Part shown: positions 53,125-64,000 of the stretch, one piece after another | Numbering within the stretch: position 1 is the first letter of the stretch | Layout: the number at the start of each line of letters is the position of its first letter | DNA from: Vicinamibacterales bacterium | Lineage (GTDB): Bacteria > Acidobacteriota > Vicinamibacteria > Vicinamibacterales > JAKQTR01 | Direction of reading: 5' to 3' | Assembly (NCBI GenBank): GCA_046496425.1 | Contig: JAWOGY010000063.1 | Location: 10,360-74,359, forward strand | Length of the DNA stretch: 64,000 bases | Translations under genes and position numbers: made by a program | The notes under the pieces: model-generated | Database searches by the model: none | Told to the model about the DNA's origin: nothing | Seen by the model: the letters and a program-made list of their open reading frames with translations, nothing else

Positions 53125-54780
53125 ATGAAAACCGCGGCCCTGTTTCTCGCGCTGACGCTGCTGCTGACCTGGCCGCTGGCCCTCCGGCCGGCGTCCACGA
53201 CGCTGCCGATGGGCCCGGACGGGGAGTTGTTCATCTGGACGCTGGCCTGGGACGCCCATGCCTTCGTCCACCAGCCGTTCTCGATCTTCGACGCGAACAT
53301 CTACCACCCGCTCAGCCGCACGCTCGCGTTCTCCGAGAACCTGATCGGCAGCGCCCTCATCGCCGCGCCGGTTCTCTGGGCCTCCGGCAATCCCGTCCTC
53401 GCGCTGAACATCGTCATGCTCGTCTCGTGCATGCTGTGCGGGCTGGGCGGCTACCTGCTGGCGCGGCGCATCGGCATCAGCCCGGCCGGCGCCGTCGTGG
53501 CCGGCGTGATTTTCGCGTTCTCGCCGCCGCGGTTCTTCCGCATCGGACAGCTGCATCTTGGCCCGGTGCAGTGGATCCCGTTCGCGTTCGCCTCGCTTCA
53601 CGCGTACCTGGACCATGGGCGCAGGCGCGACCTCTGGCTGGCCGCGGGGTTTTTCACCCTCCAGGCGCTCTCGAGCGGACACGGCGCCGTCTTCCTGACG
53701 CTCGCGATGGCGGGGCTTGTCGCGTGGCGGGCCGCCAGCGGGGCGCTCGTCGCGCCATTCCGCCGGTTGTCCGATCTCGGCATCACGGGAGTACTGCTGC
53801 TCGCACCGGCAGTACTTGTCTCCCTGCCCTATCGGGCCGTGCAGCAGGAGATGGGCCTCAAACGGTCGCTCGAGAACTGGGCCGTCACGCCAGGCAGTTT
53901 TTTGGCAGCACCGACCCACGTGCAGACCTTCCTGCTCTCGTGGCTTCCCGGGCCGCGCATCCTCGACACGGCCAGCGCGTACCTGTTCCCGGGGTTCCTG
54001 CCGCTTCTGCTGGCGGCCGCCGCCATCGTCGTCCGCCGGTCCGGCAAGTTCGCCGAGGCTGGCATCGGGCCGAAGCCGGGCGCGGTCGCCTTCTACGGAG
54101 TCCTCGCGCTTATCAGCCTCTGGCTGTCCATCGGGCCGCCGTTCGGGTTGTGGCCGCTCGTTTACTGGCTGCCCGGCATGAACTTCATCCGCGTGCCGTC
54201 GCGGTTCACGATGCTTGCCGTGCTCGGCCTCGCCATCGTCGCCGCGGCGGGTTTCGACTGGCTGGCTGCCCGGCTGTCCCGGGGCCGGCAGCGCCTCTTC
54301 GCCGCCTCCGTGACGCTGCTGCTCGTGGCCGAGTTCGCGGCCGTCCCGCTCGCCGTCATCCCGTACCGCGTGGACATCCCGCTCGCCGATCGCTGGCTCG
54401 CCACCCGGCCGGGCCCGTTCGCCGTCGCCGAGGTCCCGCTTCCCGACCCGCTGCAGGCCGGGCCCTTCGAGCGGCGCCAGACGATGTACATGCTGCACTC
54501 GATGGCGCATTGGCAGAAGACCGTGCACGGCTACAGCGGCATCCGCGCGCCGCTTCACGACCGCCTGTACGCGCTGCTCCGCACCTTCCCCGACGGCGCC
54601 AGCCTCGACGAACTGGCGCGTCTCGACGTGCGCTACATCGTCGTGCACACCGATCTCTATCCGCCCGGCGAGTGGGACGCGGTGTCGGCCCGCATCGACG
54701 AGCTTGGTAGCCGGCTCCAGCTGGAGCACGTGGCCGGCCCCGGCCGCATTTACTCGATGAGCCCTTCCGCGCGACAATAG
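53125..54780 (+). CDS. polytopic membrane protein, GT-C-like glycosyltransferase candidate
   Basis: 551 aa with more than 10 hydrophobic helices in the first approx 400 aa, then a soluble C-terminal domain. The N-terminal DANIYHP..FSENL loop pattern resembles GT-C/YfhO-type enzymes. Family call is tentative. Confidence 0.6.
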   Translation: MKTAALFLALTLLLTWPLALRPASTTLPMGPDGELFIWTLAWDAHAFVHQPFSIFDANIYHPLSRTLAFSENLIGSALIAAPVLWASGNPVLALNIVMLVSCMLCGLGGYLLARRIGISPAGAVVAGVIFAFSPPRFFRIGQLHLGPVQWIPFAFASLHAYLDHGRRRDLWLAAGFFTLQALSSGHGAVFLTLAMAGLVAWRAASGALVAPFRRLSDLGITGVLLLAPAVLVSLPYRAVQQEMGLKRSLENWAVTPGSFLAAPTHVQTFLLSWLPGPRILDTASAYLFPGFLPLLLAAAAIVVRRSGKFAEAGIGPKPGAVAFYGVLALISLWLSIGPPFGLWPLVYWLPGMNFIRVPSRFTMLAVLGLAIVAAAGFDWLAARLSRGRQRLFAASVTLLLVAEFAAVPLAVIPYRVDIPLADRWLATRPGPFAVAEVPLPDPLQAGPFERRQTMYMLHSMAHWQKTVHGYSGIRAPLHDRLYALLRTFPDGASLDELARLDVRYIVVHTDLYPPGEWDAVSARIDELGSRLQLEHVAGPGRIYSMSPSARQ

Positions 54781-54798
54781 CGGGAGTGGCCGCCTGGG

Positions 54799-54875
54799 CA
54801 GCTGGACAGCTGGACAGCTGGACACTTGGATAGCTGGACAGGCATTTCTACTGGCTACTGGCTACTGACTACTTG
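54799..54875. repeat. intergenic short tandem repeats (CAGCTGGA x3 plus variants; CTACTGG/CTACTGA x4)
   Basis: cagctggacagctggacagctggacacttggatagctggacagg ... tctactggctactggctactgactact. Confidence 0.8.
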
Positions 54876-54892
54876 TCTTCTGGAGGCCCCCC

Positions 54893-55705
54893 GTGACTGA
54901 TCTTCGAGCGACGGCACTCTGTGCGCTGCTTTCTCTTGGCATGATTGGCGGCTGCAGCAAGGGTGCTGAACCGCCTTCCTCGGAACAGGCGCCTGGCTCC
55001 GGCCAGCCCGCCCAGGCCTCTGCCCCGGCGCAGCCGGAGGCGGGCGCCGGTTCGGACGCGGCGGCCGGGCAGGCGCCGATGGTGACGGGCCCGGTGCTCG
55101 AAACCATGAACGCGTCGAGCTACACCTACGTGCGCGTGAAAACCGATGCGGGCGACGTGTGGGCCGCGAGCGGCGAGTTTCCGGTGGCCGTGGGCGACCG
55201 TGTCACCCTGGCGCTCGAAATGCCGATGGAGAACTTCCACAGCGATACGCTGAAGCGCGATTTCCCGCTCATCTACTTCACGACGCGCATCGGCCGCGAG
55301 GGCGAGGTGTTGGCGGCCGCGCCCGCGATGATGTCGGCCCATGGGATGGGTGGCGGCGCCCAGGCCGGGGCAGCGGCGGCGCAGGTGACCGAGCCAATCC
55401 CGCCCGCGCCCGGCGGGACCACCGTCGCCGATGTCTGGGCCAATCGGAAGTCCCTCGCCGGCAAGGCCGTCACCGTGCGCGGCAAGGTCATGAGATTCAA
55501 CGGCGGGATCCTGGGCCGCAACTGGATTCACATCCAGGACGGCACCGGCACGGCGGCCGACGGCACCAACGACCTGCTCATCACCTCTGACGCCGCCGCG
55601 AAAGTCGGCGACGTCATCACGGCCACCGGCACGGTCGCCATCGACAAGGACTTCACGGCCGGATACGCGTACGCCGTGCTGGTCGAAGGCGCAACGCTCA
55701 AATAG
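54893..55705 (+). CDS. lipoprotein with two beta-rich (OB-like) modules
   Basis: GTG start after GGAGG. Lipobox LGMIGGC. Low-complexity linker. The repeated modules YTYVRVKTDAGDVWAA and NWIHIQDGTG..DLLITS are read by eye as OB-like. Tentative. Confidence 0.6.
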   Translation: MTDLRATALCALLSLGMIGGCSKGAEPPSSEQAPGSGQPAQASAPAQPEAGAGSDAAAGQAPMVTGPVLETMNASSYTYVRVKTDAGDVWAASGEFPVAVGDRVTLALEMPMENFHSDTLKRDFPLIYFTTRIGREGEVLAAAPAMMSAHGMGGGAQAGAAAAQVTEPIPPAPGGTTVADVWANRKSLAGKAVTVRGKVMRFNGGILGRNWIHIQDGTGTAADGTNDLLITSDAAAKVGDVITATGTVAIDKDFTAGYAYAVLVEGATLK

Positions 55706-55759
55706 GGGTCAGGTCCAACAATCAAGCAAAATGCTTGATTGTTGGACCTGACCCCTTTT
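55705..55759. terminator. long perfect hairpin (23-bp stem) with a T-tract, between convergent genes
   Basis: GGGGTCAGGTCCAACAATCAAGC-AAAAT-GCTTGATTGTTGGACCTGACCCC followed by TTTTGG. An A-run precedes it on the other strand, so it may act bidirectionally. Confidence 0.8.
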
Positions 55760-55765
55760 GGACGG

Positions 55766-56599
55766 CTAGACGCCGGCGCGCGTCGCCTTCCATGGTGCGG
55801 TCTTGCCCGACGTGGTGACGGTCCCCTCGATCGTGTTCCCGTTGACGCGACCCACGTACTGGGCGCCGTCAATCGTCATCCTCAGCTCCGCGCCGCGGAG
55901 CCGGCCGTCGGTGATCGCCGCGCTCGTCCCGTTGTGCTGAAGCGTCCCGGACACCTGCTGGAACGACTGCACGAGCGTCAGTTCGTCGCCCACCGTCTCC
56001 CACCGGCCCTCGACCTTCGCCGGCACGATCCAGAAGAGCGCCGTGCACCAGGTCTGGCAGCCCTCGTTCACCGTCGCCGTCTCGTCCGCCACCCAGTCTT
56101 CCATCGTGAACGAGTTGGACACGATCCGCGTGCCGGGCTCGAGGTCGAGGATCTTTGGCCGCAGCTGCATGTTGATCTGCGGCAGCAGGAACATGGTGAT
56201 GACGGTCGCCTGGCTGAGGTCCGTCTCGAACAGATCCGCCTTCATGAACGTCGCCTTGTCGGCGACGCCCGCCTTGTCGGCGTTCGCCTTCGACAGTTCG
56301 ACCATGTCGGGGTTGTACTCGATGCCGATCGCCCGGGCGCCGCGCTTCGCCGCGGTGATGACGGTGATCCCGTCGCCCGAGCCGAGGTCCATCACGACGT
56401 CCCGCGCCGTCACGTTCGCCATGTCGAGCATCTTGTCGACCAGCGCCTGCGGCGTCGGCACCCACACGACGTCTTTTCCGCCCTGGCCGACTTCGGGTTT
56501 GAAGGGCGGGGCCTGCTGGGCGAAGGCGGCGGTGCCGGCCGCGAGCGTCAGCGCGAGCAGTAGAACGGACAGGCGGCGGACAGGGAGCGACGTGCGCAT
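55766..56599 (-). CDS. secreted class I SAM-dependent methyltransferase-fold protein
   Basis: Trimmed to the ATG at 56599 (AGGAGG RBS). Signal LSVLLLALTLAAGTAAFAQQ. VVMDLGSGDGITVITAAKRGARAIGIEYNPDMV (motif I and post-I). Confidence 0.8.
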   Translation of the reverse strand: MRTSLPVRRLSVLLLALTLAAGTAAFAQQAPPFKPEVGQGGKDVVWVPTPQALVDKMLDMANVTARDVVMDLGSGDGITVITAAKRGARAIGIEYNPDMVELSKANADKAGVADKATFMKADLFETDLSQATVITMFLLPQINMQLRPKILDLEPGTRIVSNSFTMEDWVADETATVNEGCQTWCTALFWIVPAKVEGRWETVGDELTLVQSFQQVSGTLQHNGTSAAITDGRLRGAELRMTIDGAQYVGRVNGNTIEGTVTTSGKTAPWKATRAGV

Positions 56600-56777
56600 C
56601 GTGGTTGGCCTCCTACATGGAGGTGGTTCGAGAGCCTGCGCCTCGCGGCCCCCCCGCGCCGCGAGCACGACCCTCAAGCCACCTTCCCCGACTGGCGATT
56701 GTAGATCGGGCGGCCGCCTCGCGTGACACAGGAGATCGCGCGAGGCGTCCGTGTGGCGGCGGGCGCAGGCGGTTTCG

Positions 56778-57353
56778 TCAGCGCCCGCCCATGAACTTCC
56801 CGATCATCCCGATGACATCGTCCATGGCCGAGCCGTCGCGGTTCGCATCGAGCATCGGCGTCAGCATGTCGAGGATGCCGCCGCCCCCGCCCTGGCCGGC
56901 CGCCGGCTGGCCGAACCCGGCCTGCCGCCCGGCGCCGCCGCTCTGCTGTTTGGCCATCGCCCCCATCACCATGGCCGCGACAACCGGCAGCATCTGTTTC
57001 AGGATGCCGGCGCCCACGCCCGACTGGGCCGAGGCGCGCCGCGCGACCTCGCGGCTCACGTCCTTGCTGCCGAAGATGTGCCCGAGGATGCCATTCCCAT
57101 CGTCGACCGTCCCGGGCATGCCGAGGCTGCCCAGGTCGTCGACGTAGCGCCCGTGCCGCCCGCTGCCGAGCGCGCCGAGCAGTGAGTCGAGCCCGTTCGG
57201 GCTGGACGCGTTTCGGTGGAATCCCGCGGCCAGGGCGGGCAACAGGGCACCGAGTGCCGACGAGGTCTGCGACTGGTCCAGCCCGAACTGCCGTCCCAGT
57301 TGGTCCACGGCGCCATCCGCCTGTCCTCCAAGCAGCGCTTCAATCATGTTCAC
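56778..57353 (-). CDS. DUF937 family protein
   Basis: ..LGALLPALAAGF..GILGHIFG..ILKQMLPVVAAMVMGAM..ILDMLTPMLDANRDGSAMDDVIGMIGKF is the typical DUF937 pattern. Confidence 0.8.
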   Translation of the reverse strand: MNMIEALLGGQADGAVDQLGRQFGLDQSQTSSALGALLPALAAGFHRNASSPNGLDSLLGALGSGRHGRYVDDLGSLGMPGTVDDGNGILGHIFGSKDVSREVARRASAQSGVGAGILKQMLPVVAAMVMGAMAKQQSGGAGRQAGFGQPAAGQGGGGGILDMLTPMLDANRDGSAMDDVIGMIGKFMGGR

Positions 57354-57375
57354 GGTAGCCCTCCTTGTGGACCCC

Positions 57376-57627
57376 CTATCTCCTGAAGAACCCGAGCGAC
57401 TTGAGGATGGCGATGAGAATTACCGCGCCGATGATGGAGATGAGATAGCCCACCAGCGCGCTGCTGGGTGGGACGCCGAGCACGCCGGCGAGCCAGGATC
57501 CGATGATCGAGCCTGCGATGCCGACCAGGATGTTGGCGATGATGCCCATCTGGGCATTCGTCTTCATGACGATGCTCGCGATCCAGCCGATGATGCCGCC
57601 GATGATGATCGTGACGAGCCAGCCCAT
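57376..57627 (-). CDS. GlsB/YeaQ/YmgE family (transglycosylase-associated) small membrane stress protein
   Basis: MGWLVTIIIGGIIGWIASIVM..GIIANILVGIAGSIIGSWL. 83 aa. Confidence 0.9.
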   Translation of the reverse strand: MGWLVTIIIGGIIGWIASIVMKTNAQMGIIANILVGIAGSIIGSWLAGVLGVPPSSALVGYLISIIGAVILIAILKSLGFFRR

Positions 57628-57675
57628 GGTTCCCCTCCCTGTGTGATCGGACGCTACCGCAGCGCCGCCGCCGCG

Positions 57676-58155
57676 TCAATGACACGCCGTGCCGGCCGGC
57701 GGTACGTCCGGTGCTCCAAGCGCTTCAATGTCGGCGAGGTCCTTGAGGCGTCCCGCGGCACGCTTGTTGCGGACAAACTCGGTCCGCCCGATGAACGGCA
57801 GACCGCGCGACCCGCAAGGGGCCGTTTCATGCCCGGCCCATGCTTCGTCCCATGTCACGCCGCTGATGTCGCTCATCACGTGAATCTGGACAGGTTCCAC
57901 GCCCATCTGGATGACGCGCGCGGGCTCGATCACCTGTTCCGGCCCGAGATTCGTAGGCGGAAATCCGAAGGAGGAGAGCGCCTGGAGCAGCCTGGCGGCG
58001 TTCTCGGTTGTGGGCCTCAGGAAGACATCGATGTCGCCGGTGTAGCGGGGCGCGCCGTGGAGCGCCAGGGCGTAGGCGCCGACCACGAGGAACTCAACTC
58101 CGTGAGCGATCAACGACCCGAAGAACTCGTCGAAGTCCGGCGCCAGTTCCACCAT
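57676..58155 (-). CDS. nucleotidyltransferase-fold protein (module 3)
   Basis: Trimmed to the ATG at 58155 (GGAGG RBS). VEFLVVGAYALALHGAPRYTGDIDVFL (G..DxD signature). Confidence 0.6.
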   Translation of the reverse strand: MVELAPDFDEFFGSLIAHGVEFLVVGAYALALHGAPRYTGDIDVFLRPTTENAARLLQALSSFGFPPTNLGPEQVIEPARVIQMGVEPVQIHVMSDISGVTWDEAWAGHETAPCGSRGLPFIGRTEFVRNKRAAGRLKDLADIEALGAPDVPPAGTACH

Positions 58156-58258
58156 GCTGCCTCCGCAGGAACTCGACCGCCGCGAGCCGCTCTTCCGGCG
58201 GCCGGCCCCGCCAGTATTCGCGCGACGCATCGCCTCTGGCGTGGTCGGCCGCAGTCAT
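58094..58258 (-). CDS. small partner ORF of NTase module 3
   Basis: MTAADHARGDASREYWRGRPPEERLAAVEFLRRQ resembles the N-terminal block of the other two partner proteins. Its last approx 20 codons overlap the NTase start in another frame, so the real C-terminus is uncertain. Confidence 0.35.
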   Translation of the reverse strand: MTAADHARGDASREYWRGRPPEERLAAVEFLRRQHGGTGAGLRRVLRVVDRSRS

Positions 58259-58260
58259 GA

Positions 58261-60654
<2,394 letters not shown>

Positions 60655-60672
60655 TCGAGGGCTTCCACGCGC

Positions 60673-60720
60673 AGCCGCGATCGGGCCTCGGGACGTCCCG
60701 GCCTGGTCGCGGCTTTTTCT
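60673..60720 (+). terminator. intrinsic terminator after katG
   Basis: GCCGCGA..TCGCGGC stem enclosing a GC-rich sub-hairpin, followed by TTTTTCTTT. Confidence 0.7.
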
Positions 60721-60800
60721 TTGCGCCAGCGGCGGGGAGTCCGCCTGCGCCCGAGGTGACTCGCCTGCCTAGCCGAAGCTCGGCGCAGCCGAGCGAAGGC

Positions 60801-60890
60801 TGGCGGAGGGAGAGGGATTCGAACCCCCGGTACGGTTTCCCGTACAGCGATTTTCAAGACCGCCGCCTTCAACCGCTCGGCCATCCCTCC
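60801..60890 (-). tRNA. tRNA-Ser (anticodon TGA), long variable arm, CCA encoded
   Basis: Hand fold: acceptor GGAGGGA/UCCCUCC, anticodon stem GCGGU/AUCGC with loop CUUGAAA, variable arm UGUACGG-GAAA-CCGUAC, T loop UUCGAAU, discriminator G. Confidence 0.85.
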
Positions 60891-60900
60891 GATGTTGGGA

Positions 60901-61902
60901 TTATAGCCGCTGCGTGCGGCTTGCAGCGGCCCCTCGCCTGTAACTCTCGAGCAGGCGGTCCATGACCCACGACGCGCGGGCTCCGCTCTCGCCGGTCGAG
61001 TCGCATCGGCCGCGGCCGCGCAGTTCGTCGACTATCGTCTGGATGAGCGGTTGGTGGACGTGGGGCGGGTTGCGCAGCGGCAGCACCTCCTGCTGCGCGC
61101 CCCGCGTGATGACGACGTCGCCGTCGGTGAAGACGGGCGTTCGCAACTCGCCAAGCGGCCCGGTGAGCACCATCCAGTCTTCGGATCGATCGGCGTTGAA
61201 GTTCCAGGTGCCCGTCCCCAGGGCCCCGCGCACGAAGCGGAACGCGCCGCACGTGACGTCCTCGGCGGCATACGCGCCGCCGGTGTTCACCGCCACACCG
61301 GCGGCCTCCTCGATGGGCCCGAGGAGGAAGTCGACCAGATCCAGGCAGTGCGACGCGAGATCGTAGAAGAGCCCTGCGCCTGCCACCGCCGGATCGAACC
61401 GCCAGCCGCTCGCGGCATCACCTGCCGCCAGCGGCTCGGCGATGCGGATGTGCACGTCGGTCGCCGGCCCGATGGCGCCCGCCTCGATCTGCCTCCGCAC
61501 TTCGAGGAAACGTGGAAGCGCGCGGCGGTAGTAGGCCACGAAAAGAGGCACGCCGGCCGCGCGGAACGCCTCGTTCATGCGCACGCACTCGCCGTGCGTC
61601 ATGGCCATCGGCTTCTCGACGAGGCACGGCTTCCCCGCCACCGCCACGCGGAGCGCCAGTCCCAGGTGGCTCGCTGGCGGCGTCGCGATGTAGACGGCGT
61701 CCACGTCCGGATCGCGAATCAGTTCGTCCGCATCGTCGTACGCCCGCGGCGCGCCGTGGCGCCTGGCGTAGTCTTCCGCCTTCGCGCGGTCCCGGCGCAT
61801 CACGGCCGCCAGGCTGGATCCCGCGGCCTTCTGGAAGCCCGGGCCGCTTTTGACCTCGGTGACGTTGCCGCAGCCGATGATGCCCCAACGCACAGATTCC
61901 AT
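60901..61902 (-). CDS. Gfo/Idh/MocA family NAD(P)-dependent oxidoreductase
   Basis: Trimmed to the ATG at 61902. VRWGIIGCGNV (Rossmann motif) and CLVEKPMA (EKP motif). Confidence 0.9.
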   Translation of the reverse strand: MESVRWGIIGCGNVTEVKSGPGFQKAAGSSLAAVMRRDRAKAEDYARRHGAPRAYDDADELIRDPDVDAVYIATPPASHLGLALRVAVAGKPCLVEKPMAMTHGECVRMNEAFRAAGVPLFVAYYRRALPRFLEVRRQIEAGAIGPATDVHIRIAEPLAAGDAASGWRFDPAVAGAGLFYDLASHCLDLVDFLLGPIEEAAGVAVNTGGAYAAEDVTCGAFRFVRGALGTGTWNFNADRSEDWMVLTGPLGELRTPVFTDGDVVITRGAQQEVLPLRNPPHVHQPLIQTIVDELRGRGRCDSTGESGARASWVMDRLLESYRRGAAASRTQRL

Positions 61903-62100
61903 GGGCACGCTCCTCCCGCCTACGCCAGCCCGCTGGCCCACACGGTTGCCGGAAACCGCCACCCGCCGACCGCGATTGTACCCCCCGTCGCGAGGTGCCA
62001 GGCGGGGCGGCAGGCTGAAGGAAAATCGGAGGAGTTCCGGAAGGACTTTCCGCCCGCCGAGAGAGCATGCTCGTACGGCACCTTGAACACGGGAGGGTCT

Positions 62101-63168
62101 ATGCACACTACGAACACGAGGAGATCGGCGGTGCGATGGACGGCACGGGTCATCGTGCTCGCGTCACTGGCCGGGGTACTGGCTGTCGGCGTGTGGGCGG
62201 AGGGCACCGGCATGTTTCCCGCCTTCACGCCCCTGCCTGGCTACGTGGCCGAAGGCGTGGCGGTCGACAAGGTCGGCCAGGTCTACGTGAGCCTGCGCGA
62301 TGGCGATCAGGGCCGGGTGTGGAGATTCTCGCCCTCCGGAGAACCGGCGTTCTTCGCAACGCTCGGGACAGGAGAAGCCGGCGGTCTGGCGGTCACAGCG
62401 AACGGGGATGTCTACGCGACGATGGCATCGGGGCCCGACCGCGGTGTGTATCGCATCGAAGCAAACGGATACGCGGAGCGCCTGCCGGGCACGGAGGAGA
62501 TCGCCTGGGCCAACGCCCTGGCCTTCGACCACAAGGGCACGCTCTACATCACCGAGTCGTACTCGAAGCCGTTGCCGACGACCTACGGGCCGGGCGGCAT
62601 CTGGCGGGTCCGGAGAGATGAGCCCGCTGAGTTGTGGCTTCGCCACGCCCTGCTGACGGGCATCGGCATCATCGGCTACCCGATTGGCGCCAACGGCATA
62701 GCGTACGACAAGAGCGCTCTCCTCGTGGTCAACACCGACAAGGGGCTGATTCTTCGGGTACCAATCCTCCAGGACGGCAGCGCCGGCCAACCCGAACTCT
62801 GGGCGGCGCTGCAGGAGGTGGATGGCGTGCCGCCCGGCAACCCGATGCCGGCGATGGGAGACGGCCTCGCGCTCGATGTCCACGGCAACGCGTACGTGGC
62901 CGTCGTCAGCCGAAACGCGGTGGTGCGCATCCGCGAATCGGACAGGCTCCAGGAGACGGTCGCCCTCCTGGCGCCAACGGGCGGCAGGTACCCCATGGCC
63001 AGTTTGGACACGCCGGCTAGCCTGGCGTTCGGCACCGGGAAGGGCGAGCGCACGAGTCTGTTCGTCACCAACCTCGGCTGGATGTCGCAGATGGCGCCAG
63101 GCCGCCCGTGGCCTGGGGCGGGGCTGGTGAAGATCGACGCCGGCGTGCCGGGCAGACCGCTTCCGTAG
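62101..63168 (+). CDS. secreted six-bladed beta-propeller protein (SMP-30/gluconolactonase/strictosidine-synthase-like)
   Basis: Signal VIVLASLAGVLAVGVWA. Repeated blade-like GLAVTANGDVY, ALAFDHKGTLYITES, ANGIAYDKSALLVVN, GLALDVHGNAYVA. Confidence 0.7.
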   Translation: MHTTNTRRSAVRWTARVIVLASLAGVLAVGVWAEGTGMFPAFTPLPGYVAEGVAVDKVGQVYVSLRDGDQGRVWRFSPSGEPAFFATLGTGEAGGLAVTANGDVYATMASGPDRGVYRIEANGYAERLPGTEEIAWANALAFDHKGTLYITESYSKPLPTTYGPGGIWRVRRDEPAELWLRHALLTGIGIIGYPIGANGIAYDKSALLVVNTDKGLILRVPILQDGSAGQPELWAALQEVDGVPPGNPMPAMGDGLALDVHGNAYVAVVSRNAVVRIRESDRLQETVALLAPTGGRYPMASLDTPASLAFGTGKGERTSLFVTNLGWMSQMAPGRPWPGAGLVKIDAGVPGRPLP

Positions 63169-63228
63169 CGGCGCGCGCGAGACGATTTACGGTCCCAGCC
63201 CGCCCGCGCGGGGCCGATAATCCGCCCT

Positions 63229-64000
63229 GTGGGCGGGCTGGGCTGCACCGCGACGTTCCGCGTGGCCGACTGGCAGGTCGAGCCGCGCCTGAACCGCGTG
63301 TCCCGGGGGAGCGAGGTCCATCACCTGCGGCCCAGGCTCATGGACCTTCTCGTCTTCCTCGCGGATCACCCGGGAGACGTGCTCAGCAGGGACCAGATCC
63401 TCTCGGCGGTCTGGCCTCAGCGGTTCGTCGCCGAGTCGGTGCTGAGCCGGTCGGTTGCGGATCTGCGGCGACTGCTCGACGACGACGCGTCGATGCCCCG
63501 TCTCATCGAGACGATTCCCAAGCGAGGCTACCGGTTGCTTGCCGCCGTGCGGCCGCCCGCGCCGCCCGCCGTCGCTGCGGCACCGGGGCCTTCGATCGCC
63601 GTGCTGCCGTTCGTGGACATGGCTGCGAAAGGCGACCAGGGGTATTTCTGCGACGGACTGGCCGAGGAGTTGACCAACGCGCTCGCCCACGTACCGGGCT
63701 TGCGCGTGGTCGCGCGTACGTCCGCGTTCGCCTTCAAGGGCCAGGCCGTTGACGTGCGCGAGATCGGGAGGAGGCTGGGCGTCGGCTTCGTTCTCGAGGG
63801 CGGCGTGCAGCGCGCCGGCCATCGCTTCCGGGTCACCATCCAGTTGGTCGATACCGCCGATGGCTGCCACCGGTGGTCGCAGCACTTCGACGGCGCGGCC
63901 GGGGAGATCTTCGCCATCGAGGACGCCATCGCGCGGGCGGTGGCCGCGGCGCTCCCTGCGGCGCTCCCCGCGCCGAAGGACCGGCGCATGCGCCGAGGCA
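63229..64000 (+). CDS. transcriptional regulator: OmpR/CadC-type winged helix plus TolB-like module; partial, runs off the window
   Basis: Not in the ORF track (open to the edge). Hand translation from GTG 63229: ..FRVADWQVEPRLNRVSRGSEVHHLRPRLMDLLVFLADHPGDVLSRDQILSAVW..ETIPKRGYRLLA..SIAVLPFVDMAAKGDQGYFCDGLAEELTNALA. Paralog of 14950..16743. Confidence 0.8.
   Translation, partial: MGGLGCTATFRVADWQVEPRLNRVSRGSEVHHLRPRLMDLLVFLADHPGDVLSRDQILSAVWPQRFVAESVLSRSVADLRRLLDDDASMPRLIETIPKRGYRLLAAVRPPAPPAVAAAPGPSIAVLPFVDMAAKGDQGYFCDGLAEELTNALAHVPGLRVVARTSAFAFKGQAVDVREIGRRLGVGFVLEGGVQRAGHRFRVTIQLVDTADGCHRWSQHFDGAAGEIFAIEDAIARAVAAALPAALPAPKDRRMRRG

Noticed and set aside
53038-54825. Very long ORFs on the strand opposite to well-supported genes. 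Examples: 53038..54825(-), 42848..43903(-), 44839..46149(-), 58687..60360(-), 851..2038(+), 1930..3567(+), 46621..48486(+, upstream part), 61051..63168(+, upstream part).
   Set aside because: Their translations are Arg/Pro/Gly/Ala-rich with no motifs. They lie antisense or out of frame to genes with clear family signatures. Such shadow ORFs are expected in a high-GC genome because stop codons are rare.

Overview
High-GC bacterial chromosomal window. Roughly two thirds G+C by eye. The gene families present (BON proteins, wHTH-TolB-TPR regulators, many ECF sigma pairs) suggest an Acidobacteriota-like soil organism, which is inference only. I support about 75 CDS, 3 tRNA genes (Gln-CTG, Ser-GCT, Ser-TGA), several pseudogene relics and several repeat families. 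I see no rRNA, no CRISPR array, and no intact transposase or integrase.

Layout:
- 1-6.7 kb: one minus-strand operon with an ECF sigma, a zf-HC2/FecR anti-sigma, an ABC transporter and a discoidin-domain membrane protein.
- 6.8-22 kb: a NarL-type two-component pair, Uma2, vapBC, rhomboid, BON proteins, a YjjJ-like HTH-HipA kinase, MBL/DinB, and a second ECF pair.
- 22-37 kb: a decayed accessory region. It holds ABC-exporter, PD40 and Fic relics, a lower-GC kaiC-like operon, nucleotidyltransferase two-gene modules, and an array of direct copies of the 3' half of tRNA-Gln that bound small integrase-less islands.
- 37-64 kb: gltX, a small stress-gene islet next to an integrase relic, an M28 peptidase, an H1-like Lys/Ala-rich protein, a third ECF pair, two phosphohexomutase paralogs bracketed by CTAG-rich MITE-like elements, a methyltransferase/flavoprotein/type III PKS operon, GH51/FGE genes, katG, and a second wHTH-TolB regulator that runs off the right edge.

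Most interesting candidates:
1. A kaiC-like ATPase coupled to a gene fusing a CheB-like domain (catalytic His replaced by Gln) to a Crp-type cNMP/HTH regulator, in a lower-GC patch.
2. The tRNA-Gln att array with shared arm repeats but no integrase.
3. A three-copy ECF-type promoter-like motif, plus a visibly reciprocal BON/rhomboid gene loss between two paralogous loci.
4. A recurring nucleotidyltransferase plus small helical partner module with swapped gene order.
5. Inverted MITE-like elements bracketing a phosphohexomutase paralog that lacks the catalytic serine.

All family calls come from reading motifs by eye. No database search was run.
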